Of a stretch of 64,000 nt of DNA, positions 24,901-36,900 are shown one piece after another. Within the stretch, counting starts at the first letter, position 1, and every line of letters starts with the position of its first letter. A program made the position numbers and the translations under genes. The notes beneath the pieces were generated by a model. It searched no databases. It had not been told where the DNA came from and saw nothing but the letters and a program-made list of their open reading frames with translations. The stretch is taken from assembly GCF_000002075.1 (NCBI RefSeq), contig NW_004797607.1, positions 274,289 to 338,288 of the forward strand. The letters run 5' to 3'. Source of the DNA: Aplysia californica. Lineage: Eukaryota.

Positions 24901-27900
24901 CCTTTGCTGTTGCTGTCTTGCTGTCTTGTCAAAGCAAACTGACTTTGCTGTTGCTGTCTTGTCAGGTGGAGAAAAGGTCCAAAGACCTGGACACAGCCCT
25001 GGCCAAGGCCATCACTTTCCAGGAGGAGATGCAGAAGATGATGGTCTGGCTGCAGACACAAGAGGAAACCTTCAAGGACATGGAACCCATTGCCACCGAG
25101 TTTGAAGCCATCAAGTCACAGTGGAATGACATTAAGGTGGGTGCAGGGGAAGAATTTCAAGGCTGAAGGATGCAAGGTTTTTTTTGTTGTTGTTTTGTAT
25201 GAGGTTTGGTGTGTGTTTGTTGAAAATTGAACACGTTCATGAGAATGGTCAGCCAGGACTGTGAAGCAGTAGTTGAAGGAGGATATCAGGAGTGATCATT
25301 GAGAAAGTGCAATGATAACCAAAGCCTCCGCACTATTTTGTGTTGAACACCTGAATTATTGTTCAGGTCTGCTGGTGCCTCTATAAATAAATTATTGATG
25401 ATGGTCAGGTCTTCTGCTCGATAAATTGTTAAGTACACTTTTAATGCTGGGTTAACATTGGAAACTGTAATAAAAATTATTTTTGAAGGATACAACATCC
25501 TTTTTTAAATGTACTGTATGCCTCCTAGGAAGTTTCTGAGTGTTCTAGGGTCTGCTGCGGTTATAATATTGATTGTAAAGTGCATAGAGCTTGCTGTTGA
25601 GTGGGGATATGCATTATATAGATGCTTTTTTATTTTAGAGTAGTTGTCATAGTAGTAGTAGTGTTATCTTTATTTTATTTTTAAAAATTATTATTATTAT
25701 TAAACTACCAACCTTTTATTGCAAATCCAAGTACTCACCAAAATATTTTACTTCCTCTCAGGTGTTCAAGGGCATTGTTGACCCCAAGCATGTGGCCGTG
25801 GAAGCTCTGAACCAACAGGCGGAGGAGCTGGCCCGGGACTGCACTGTGGAGCAAGCCGCTGTGGTCAGGGAACCGGTGGCCGAAGTCAACCAGAGGTGGG
25901 ATGGACTGCAGGCCAACATTGGAGAGAGACAGGTATGCCTTCAAGGAGTTTTAAAAGGACCTGGACACTTTTGCTACTCTATCAGCCCGTACAAGCTGTC
26001 ATGTTACTTTTTAATGTCTGTCTTTTTTTTTAAAGTGGTGTGTTTTATGTATGTAACTGTCATTATGTGTAAGTAAATGTGAAAAGAACAAAAGATTTAA
26101 GAAGAGAGGACTTCTGTCTCCTTCTAAATAGACATAAACAGACACCTAGAATGAAAACACACCTAGTAGGCAGTGTAGGCATCTGCTTTTACTGTGCTTA
26201 CCACTCTGTCTCTTACCCCCTGGGGAAATGCTATTGACTGAAGTGTCTTTAGGCCATACCCAAAGAGGGGACATTAACATGTTCTTGTGCACAGTAGAAT
26301 TGTAAATGGGCTGATTCATTAATGTCATGCTCATAACTGTGCCAGAACTGCAACAGGGAACTGCTGCTTTTTCTTTCCTAATCCTTATTATAGTAATTTT
26401 TCCTCTGCTTCTTTTGTGTGTTTGTCACACTCTTGTGACCCGCTATTTCCAGGGTGCCTTGATAGTCGAAGCAGTTTTTGTGCTGTTGAAGCTAGAGAGG
26501 TGAGCAGAGTAAGCCTGATTTCCTGTAAGGACTTCTCAAATGATATCCACCCCTTGGCGCTCATATGGCCTTTTGCAGTTGCGAGCCACGTAAAATCTCT
26601 GCTAAAACTAAAACTAAAACTCTTGTCTCTGTGATCCCCTTCCAGCGAGACCTCCAGATGGCCCTGTTGAACCTGGGCCACTTTGACCAAGCATTCAGAG
26701 ACTTCCGGACCTGGCTTGACTCTATGGACAGCACACTGGAAGAACTGGAGCCAGTGTACGGCGATCCCAAGATCGTGGAGATTGAGCTGGCCAAACTTAG
26801 GGTAAGTCAAAGATAGTACAAGACAAGATGGGCCACTCAGCCAAAGATAGTACAAGACAAGATGGGCCACTCAGCCAAAGATAGTACAAGACAAGATGGG
26901 CCACTCAGCCAAAGATAGTACAAGACAAGATGGGCCACTCAGCCTAAAAAGTGTCCGCAGGAAGTATGCTCTTTGCTTCAGATGGCGCTGCAGTCTGTTT
27001 TGAAGCTCTCTTTCGTTTTTCCAGAAGAAGAATAGGAATAGCACCTCCTTGCGTGCGCAGATCGACTTGCTGTTCATCAGCAGTTCGGGTACGTTCAGTG
27101 CGGAGTTTTAGGTTTTTTGTTATTTTTATGACCTCTCGCCCTTCATTCTAAAGTCAAATTAAACGAAGAAAACCATCTCCATTTCCTCCAGAAGAGGTTT
27201 TTTGTCAGCGTAACCATTTTTAAAAAGCGTTCTTCCGAAATTTATCCCAAAACTTGCTAGTTTCACTTTGATTTTTTAAAACTCAAGTAGGATAACTCTG
27301 TTCGCAAAGAGTGCGCTTTTGCGAAGAGGGCGCCACCAAATTTTGAGGACACTTTTTTAATTGGCTCAAAGAGAGAAGTGGCCCATCTTGTCTTGTACTA
27401 TCTTTGGGTAAGTCTAACGCTCTTCTGAGGGAACCAGTGTCTTTGTTGGTTTATATACTGTGTCCATATCAAAACACTTTAACGAAGACTGTAAAGTTAT
27501 TAATTCTACTCATTAGTGATTATTTTACGTTATTATTCTACTCATTAGTGATTATATTACGTTATATCCTTGACATCCATGTTGGAAGAGCAGTATTCAA
27601 AAGCTTTCAGTGTTGGCTTTTCTCCTCCTTGAGGGTACAATGGGGTTTCAATATTTACTTATGATCCTATCATATTGCCTTTAAGGTCAATTGCCTTTAA
27701 GGTCAATTCCTCTTCTGATTTTTTAATGCAGTCTGTTAAGAGACGCAATGACTTGTTCCAGTTGCTTATAGAGCTAGCGCTAATCAGAGACACTGGTCTT
27801 CACAAAACGAGTGAGGGTTCCCAACTAAAATTGTGTATGCAGTTGAAATTGTCTAAGATGGCCACCCAGTGTCAAGGAGAAAAGTGGTTGTTCATGACAG

Positions 27901-30900
27901 GAGGAAGTCTTACAGTGTCATTATAATGTTAAAAAAAAAAAATTTCACACAAGGGAGGAAATAGGAAGTGGCAGTTTGTACAGGTGATTATCTTGTACAA
28001 ATGGCTAAATTCAGGTTCACACTGTACATTGTCTGTTCATCATCATTATCATCTGTACATTGTCTTATCCTCAGATTGTTCATAACGACATCGCTGCCCA
28101 TGAAGAAAACCTGGACTCCTTGACAGAGGAGGCGAGCCGACTGATGGCTCAAGAGAAAGGTGCCGAGGCGGGCAAGTACAAGCGTAAAATGGATGACCTG
28201 AGCAAACACTGGGAGAAAGTGAAGGATAAAGCCGCCCTCCGCCAACAGCAACTGGAGGATGCTCGAAGAGAGGTGAAGAGAGTAAAATGTTACCATTTTT
28301 TTTCCTTTTCTGTGTCAATGAATTACAATAAAGTTTTTGTGTGTTAAATTTGGTTTAGTCTTTATTTTTATTACTTTTATATTCGTAATCCTTTGCTGTT
28401 GCTTTACATCCTGGATCAGCCATATTAGTAGTTTGTACGGGGAACTTACACTTTACGCTGATCAATTTTGAAGTCGAGAAAAGGGCCTTTGTCCTTTCAT
28501 TTCTTGTCAAATAAACCATGTGACGGAATATATTTTGTCATAAGTATGAATGGTACTGATCAGATAATGAAAGGTTTTAGCCCCAGTCTCTATATGTGCC
28601 TTGACTTTTGCTTCCTTTCCATAGGCCCGAGGTTTCACTGAGGAACTGCAGGAAATAATGATGAAGATCCGTGACCTTGACAGTCAGATGATCACGTCGC
28701 AGCCTGTCGGAGGACTACCCGAGACAGCCAAGGAGCAGCTGGACAAGTTTATGGTAACTTTTTTCTTTTCCTTTTTCTCCTCCTTTTTCAGCATTCAAAA
28801 GCTTTCAGTTTTGGCTTTTCTCCTCCTTGAGGGTACAATGGGTTTCAATATTTACTTATGATCATATTATGCTCCGAGAAAGGTTCGTTTATCAAGTGTC
28901 GTTGTAAATAAGATACAGATAGGGTTACATGTATTTTTTGTCAGAAAGTAAGCCAATTGCTTTCAATTTGAAGTGGTTCACCATCTTTGTCTCCTTTCTT
29001 CCCTCAACATCACCAAAAGACCAGCTATGATAGGCTCTATAATCATCAAATTATGAGACTCTAAAGAATTTTCTTTGATATTAGAGCGCAAAAGGAGAAG
29101 TACAGTAGCTCAACAGGAAAGGTATTTATTTGTCAGCACAGGGGTCCGGGATTCGATCCCCGCCCGCATCAGGTTTTTTTTACTTGTGTTTTCTTCACCC
29201 CTTGATCCCAGGGTAGGCAAGATACCACCTTGTCTTCTTGGATAACGATGAAAAATATTGGAGTTGCGGTGTGGAAGTTTTGCCTATGGAAAATCCGTGG
29301 CAGTTCTAAATTTGGAAAGAGTAGGCCCTTCTGGCTGCAGTCTGGGCGAAATTTAAAATCAATTCCTTCCCCAAAAATACTTTAGTCTGTATAAATATTA
29401 AGAGTTCCTTCAGAGAAGACAGGTGCATGCCTGTCAGCAAGAGATGTTTCTATTTTGTATGGAGATAAAACGTCCATGTAGGTAAAATCAACTGCACTGT
29501 GAGATAAAAATCTTACAGTTAGTGGCTCCCACAGCTCAAAGTCCAATGTTATAAGGTGTCCTGATTGTTTGTCCTCAGGAGGTGTATGCCGACATGGAGA
29601 AGCTTGAACCAGCCGTGCAGAGCCTACAACTCATGGCCGACAAACTGGCAGCCAAAAGCCACGGGGCCCCAGCGGCCAGTATTCGCCACAACATGAGCAA
29701 TCTGCAGCAAAAATGGAACCATCTCCGGTCCCGAGCCCAGGACAGAAAGGTCAGAGGTTACACTTTGTGCTATTATTGTGGAAATTTATGTACTTTTGGG
29801 GGAAGGGGGTGGCCTCCTTAGGCTGTTGACATTGAGGGATACTTCATCTCTATTTTTGTCAGACTACTAGTTTCTCATCCTAAATAACTGTCACTGTGGG
29901 TCTACTTCCCTTTTACTCAAATTTGTCCTCTCTCCTTCTGCAAAGTGTGAATATTGTCTTTCTGAGGATTTTACTTGTTGAACTTCAGTTTTGGCTTTTC
30001 TCCTCCTACTCACCCATCTTGTATTCATCTCATTTGACTTCTTTACTAAGCCTCTGTTTCTGTGTCTGTTCCCAAATCTCCAAATGGCTATTATGATGTT
30101 GATGTGCCTCTCTCCAGTTCAAGTACACAGCAGTCCACATATTGTTGTAGTTGTTTAAATGAACCTATTTTCCATTTCATACAATTCTAAGAACTCAGGT
30201 GCTGATTTCTGAACTACTTTATAACAATGATGTTGACCTAACATTACAGAAAAAGCTGGAAGATGCTGTAGGACTTGCTGGCAACTTCCATGTAGAGCTG
30301 AACAAATTCATTGGCTGGTTGACGGATACTGAGAAGACACTGAATAATCTACAGCCAGTCAGTCGACTGGTCGACAGGGTTACCAAACAAATTGAGGATC
30401 ACAGAGTAAGTAAACAAATCTCCATGTTGAAGAAAAGAAATCTGTGAAGTCTGGATCAATTAACTCCAAGCTTTATTAATTGACTGAAGTCATACTGTAA
30501 CATGTGAACAATGTGTGGATGTGGTTGTGGGGGTGTATTTCAGTTATGTGTTTGAATGTGTGTGGCTGCCATCGTGTGGTTTCTTGACATTAGATAACAT
30601 GTCAATGTGTACCGTATTAGATCTAAATTGGTTGGTGTGTGTGTGTGGGCGGGGGGGGGGGGCTTCATGAATTTAAGTATGTTGGCATGCAGTCAGACTG
30701 TAAAATAATCGTTGTGTGACAGAGGCAGAAATTTGGAATGAACAGACAGGCAACTCAAATTCCTATGAAAATTATGTGTGCTTTCTTTCAGAGAGAATAC
30801 AAAACTATAAGCTTTATTTAAGCCAACTTGAATCCTGCACACTTATTTGATCTTATGTTGTTGCAAGCTCCATTAAACTCTCCCCAAACTAAACTATAAC

Positions 30901-33900
30901 TAACAAACCCAACTCTTTCCAAACAGGGATTACAAAAGGATGTCAGTGGCCACAGAGAGGCCATGTTTGCCCTGGACAAGATGGGCACTCACCTCAAGTA
31001 CTTCAGCCAGAAGCAGGACGTGATCCTCATCAAGAACCTGTTGACCAGTGTCCAGCATCGATGGGAGAAAATTGTGTCCCGCAGTGCAGAGAGGACGCGA
31101 CATCTCGAGAGGGGCTACAAAGAGGCAAAGCAGGTGTGTGTCTTTTTACTTCACTTTGAGCTTGTTTCCTTCTTTTTAACGAATGATGGTGAAGAAGATT
31201 ATGATAATCAATTACGACCAAACTGCTTTGCAGTTGAAAGTGCAAATATCTAAAAGCTCCTAAAGAAGCTGGACCAGCAAAATATTTAGTGCCTTTGTTT
31301 CAAAACTTTTTGTTATTATTGTTATACAACTTGTGTTTTTGTCTTCATGTAAACTATGGCGGCAGGAAAAGTTAAAGTATAATGTGATAAATCTGAAAAT
31401 GAAAAGAGAAGATCATGACAGTGAAGGCATTTGTGCCGCACCTGGATAGGCACTAGATAACATTACAGAGTACAGAACATCAACCATTTTTTAAGTGTTT
31501 TTTTGCTTCTTGATAACAATATTGTCTCCATTTCTACTTTCCAGTTCTATGACTCATTGAGAGACTTGATCCAGTGGCTGACGGAGGCTGAAGGAGCTCT
31601 TAACTCCGAAACCAGCATCAGTAACGAACCAGAGAAAATCAAAGCCCAGATTGCCAAACATAAAGTGAGTGCAGCCTTGGGAGATATTGTTATTATTTGG
31701 GGGATGCGGGTTGTTCATTTTAGGTAAAAGTTTATGGCTTTTTTTGTCATGAGCAGATATGCAACATGTACTATGTCAGGAGGTCTCTAACTTCATCTCA
31801 CGTGGTATAAAGAAGGTACTCTTTTCCAGAATTTCTGGAATCCTTCAAATCTCATCATGTTCTCCAACTGATTTGTAGCTTTGTAGATGTGACTGAGAAA
31901 TTTCTTTCTGGATAAAAGTGTGTGGGGGTGAAGGGCCCTCGGATATAGGCTGCTTCTTCCAATTCTTTTCTGTAGTTATTTTACAAACCATTTCCTTTTG
32001 AAATGGGGCAGTTATCGTACTGGGTCAGTGTGTTCCACAGAAAGAATTAATATATCTTGGTTACTGGAGAGCTATTTTGATAACATGTACGTTTCCAGGA
32101 CTTTTGACATCAACATTTCGCTCTTTGTCTCACTTGCAAAGGACATGTTTAATTCTTGCATGGGGAAGATATTTTAACAAATGCCCCATAATTTTTGCTA
32201 AGATGTAGTAATACAGACAACCCAAGTTTACCCTGACAGGCAAGGTCAAAGCTGCCCACCTTCTAAGTTGTCCATATTGTGCTGAAAAGGAGGTGTAAAA
32301 CTTTGACAGTCATTTTGAGGTTTGTTGGGGGGTTTATTAAATCACTTGTGTTTTACCACTCAAGGAGTTCCAGCGACGTCTTGGAGCTAAACAGCCAGTG
32401 TATGATGGCATCAACCGTGCTGGTAGCACATTGCAGAGCCGCTGCCCGACGGAGGACAAACCTGCCATCCAGGCCCTGCTGAACGACCTGAAGAACAGAT
32501 GGAACGCTGTGTGTGGGAAATCTGTGGACAGGTAGGCACCAGCTCTTGTACTGATGTGTTTTTTCTTGTTTTGTTTTTTAGGAGGAATGGGGGTAAGCTT
32601 AAGTGTCAATGATTATATTCACCTCCTTCACACATACTCACACACATGCCTGTACATGCAACAGATGCTTTCTTGCACTCACACTCATTACTAGCTCATA
32701 CATATATACACATTCATACATTCATGCACAAACACGCAACATGCACATGACACATGAGAAAGAAAAAAAAATGCACCTGGTAAGAAATATCAAAATTAGG
32801 ATAGATAACCATAACTTCATCATTTCACGTAAGGACTCAAAATACAGTTGAAATTGTCTTGACAGTCACCCATTGTTGGGTAGAGAAATGGCCATCTTGG
32901 ACGTATGGATGTCTTACACAGCGTCATTGTAATGTGTTTTAAGAAATAAGTGCAAGGAGGCTAATGGGAACGGGCAATTTGTACAGGTGATTGTCTTGTT
33001 CAGGTGGCCGTTACAGCTAGTTTGACTGTACTCTCTGTCAGTTTCAGCCTCGTATCCATGGCTCACTGAAGACCCTTAAAATAGAAGGTTTGAAACTCAC
33101 ACCTATGCAAATGAGAATAGTATCTTTGCATATGAAGTCATTTTTTCTTTTCTTCCTCCTGCAATGAAATGCTTTCTAATGTCCTCAGGCAACGAAAGCT
33201 AGAGGAGGGCCTTCTTTTCACTGGTCAGTTCAACGAGGCACTTCAAGCTTTGCTGGACTGGCTGGTCAAGATGGAACCAGCCCTGGCTGAGGACACTCCT
33301 GTCCATGGTGACCTCAACACTGTCAACGGATTCCTAGACACTCATAAGGTGAGGATTTTTTAGTTGATTTTTCTTGAGCTTCTATGTACCTGGGACAGCA
33401 GGCCTTTAGTTATGTTTTTCCCTACTTGTGCTCGTGGGAAACTCTCATCCCCAATGGACCTATCTGAAACTTGGATACTTTTTCTGCCCTCCCCCCCCCC
33501 CTTCCCCTTCCCTGATCACTGTCGCCTTTTTCCATCAACCTTTTGTTCAGTGATCTTACTTTTTCCCACAAGACTACATTTTTTGTTGTGTATATGTGAT
33601 TCTGTTTTACTCAAAGAAACAGACGTACAGTTTTCAGTTTGTTCTTGTTACTGATACTTTTGTTTTATTCTCTTCCCCCCCCCCCTGTGTATTTTGATAA
33701 CCAGGGATTCCAACAAGAGCTGGGTGCTCGAGCCACCACGGTACAGTTTGTGCGCAAGTCAGCCAAGGACTTGATCGAGAAGTCCACTGAGGACATGTCC
33801 CATGTCCAGTCCCAGCTCATCGAACTCTCTGCCCTATGGGACCGGACGTGCAAGCTGAGCGTCAGCAAACAGGAGAGGCTAGAGCAGGCCCATAGACTGG

Positions 33901-36900
33901 TGAGTGGATGCTTGACCTTAAGCCTTGAAATGTTATGGTGTTATCTGGCCATAGTCGAAGATAAGAGTAGGATAAAGAAATACAGTACTGAGGTTAAAAT
34001 TGTTAAACAAATTTTGAAAAACATGCAACAAAAAGTGGACTTTCACTTTTTCGATCAAGACAAAAAGTGGACAGAGATCTTTCTTTTTTTTTTTCAGAAT
34101 ATTTTCTTCCATCAAATGTGAACTTCATCCTTTTCAAGAAAGAAGATGATCAGCATGTGAAAATAACAGCCTAAATCAGACTTTTGCCAAATCAAAAAGA
34201 CTCCTTTTAATGTTCTTGGCACAATGACTTACCATCTTGTCATATAAAGTATAAATGTGTCAAGACACGGTAGGGTCAGGTACTTGTCAACTTTTGAACA
34301 TGTAGAGTTATTAATATCATCTTAAAGCTTGTTCATTTGTCTTGCAAAATCATGCCTTCGAAACACCATGGGTTAGGATTTTGCTTCCAGCTTTGTACTC
34401 TTGGTAAATGTAGACTCAGGCCCCATGAGTTGTGAATGGGAGGCGAATTGTTAAAAGAGTTTTCCCAAGATGTCTAGAACAGTATAGTCAACGCTTTTCA
34501 CTTATGTCTGGTAATAAGTTGGTGCAAGATGTATCGTAGTTTAATTTTTCTGTAGTTGCTATAATAGAGTTTGCTCATATGCTCGGTGCCCGCTTGCAGG
34601 CTGAAGAATTCCACAAGAAGGCCCATGGGTTGCTTGATTGGCTGGCAGATGCAGAGAGACAACTCCGCTTCAAGGGAATCATTCCTGACGAGGAGTCAGC
34701 CATCTTACAGCAGATTGATGACCACAAGGTTTGTGTTTGCAAAACTCCACTTTCTGTTTTTATATTTGAACTTGTAAAATGAGGGGGGGGGGGGGGTAAA
34801 AAAATTTTTTTGAGAAACGGCAATAGATTTCAGAGTAAGGATTGATGACTGTATGACCATTCAGAGAATTTTGTTCTAGTTACTGTATAGAAGTTTGATA
34901 TTTAGAAGGCAGTACTCAAACCTCTTCTCATTTCTGATACAGTTGGTTGATTTGTGTTCTTGTGGGGTCTGCTCTTTCTCCTTGGTTTTCTTTAACTGTT
35001 ATCCTTATCAGTTCTTAGTAAAACAGGGCTCTTGTTGTGCTAAGTCAGCCTGAACTGCAACATAGGAGAACAATAGCTTTCGTTTGACTTCCTTAAACTG
35101 ACATTTAATGTGACTGCTTCTGTCCACCTCAAGCCCATCACAAATCAGATCCATGATAACCATATTTCCAACAGCACTCTTGTTATTACCCTTGTTACTG
35201 AGTAGTTTTAAGGAGAGGGGGAGGGGGGTTCTGCTTGATATCAGTACTAGAATGGGTGGATTGAGGGTGTCACTAGTAGGTCCTACTTCTTTTCTTTCCC
35301 TTTGTTGTTTCTGTCTCTCTGTCTTGCTTTTTTCCTGCATTAAATGACCATTATTGTGTGGATTTTCTTCTTTTTACTGAAAAAAACCCAACTAATATCA
35401 GCACTGGTATTGTTTTAACCGCAAAAAAGTATTTTTATGTTATTTTTTTCATCTCTTTTGCTGTTACTGTGCAGAAATTCGAGGAGTCCATGCTGAGACA
35501 GGAGTCGGCTCTGAGGGAAACGCTCAACATTGGTCAGGACATTATGAAGAGGTGCCATCCAGATGCAGTGTCCACCATGAAACACTGGCTGGGTGTTCTA
35601 CGCACCAGATGGGAAGAGGTAGGATTTTCCTTTGTCTATTGATGGGAGAGTTCTGACATATGACTGCTCTAGACTGCGGTGTGTGTGCACTAATGCAAAA
35701 TGGATATGTGTTATGGGTGAATGAAAGGAATGACATGGAGTAGAGAGTAAAAATCGTTCAATGTGAGATGTTATGGGTGAATGAACAAAATGACATGGGA
35801 GTAGACAGTAAAAATCTTTTAAATGTGAGAGTAGGTGTTTGTACAGCATACGCCTACTATAAAATGACCACTTTTTTCACTGTCCTTTCGTGTATAGTTA
35901 ATGTATGGTTGTGAAAGTTTTTCTTTATGTGGTTGAACTGGTTTTTCTTGTTTTTGTTCATATTTTTTCTTGTGTGAATGATTATGTGATTGGTGTAAAG
36001 CGCTCAGAGCTTATATTAGTATGGGATAGAACGCTATATAAATGAAATCTATTTATATTATTATTATTATTATTATAATAATATTATTATTGTTACTTTA
36101 TATGAAGTATTACATCTGAACAAAAAGAAATGATAAATGCTTTGTGTTGTTTGACAGCTGATGGGCCTGAGTCGACAGAGACAGCGTCGCTTGACAGAAG
36201 CTATGACCAATGCAAGGAGAAACAACACTTTGTTAGATGAACTTTTGGCGTGGCTCAACGGGGCAGAGGTCAAACTCACTGACCTTGACCGTGAACCCAT
36301 ACCAAGGGATCTTCAAATTATTCAGGACCTGATCTCCCAACACCAGGTGAGTGGAAAAGAAATTGTTAAGTGGGGTGATTGGGGGGGGGGGGGGGGAGTA
36401 CTGAAGGCTCCTCCACCTCCCTCTAGAATTCAGAGAACTCAAGGCTTTTTCTGCCCAGGTATTTAACAGTTTTTTCGTACTTGCTCGGGGTGAAAAGAAT
36501 CAATATCAATATTATACGAAGATATCTCCAACCTTATCTTGTAATTTTTGCGCTATTGCTGCTGTTTTGGGAATTTTAACATCGTCATATTCTGTGCATC
36601 CACAAAATTAGATAAAACACTTTTTGCGCTGAAAAAATGCAATTTCTTTATCTTCCAAACTTGATTCTTTTTTTTTAAATTATTATTATATTAACTCCTA
36701 TGGTAATTTTGGTTTCAATAGCATAATTTGAGACCAAAAAAAACAAAACATGATTGACCAGGTTTGGCCACTACAGGGTTACCGTCAAACTCCGACAATA
36801 AATAGTTTAGTTATTCAGGTTTGAATGAATTATATTGCACTGCTAACTGTTTGACAGTTATTTTGACAATACTGTTTGACAGTTATTTTGACAATACTGT

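Noticed and set aside
24632-25105. Repetitive ORFs ([31 protein letters not shown])
   Set aside because: Translations of the intronic 33-bp minisatellite; the unit is a multiple of 3, so frames stay open by construction.
26808-26943. 34-bp direct repeats resembling a CRISPR array
   Set aside because: No spacers, eukaryotic intron, no cas genes; the unit is a transposon TIR.
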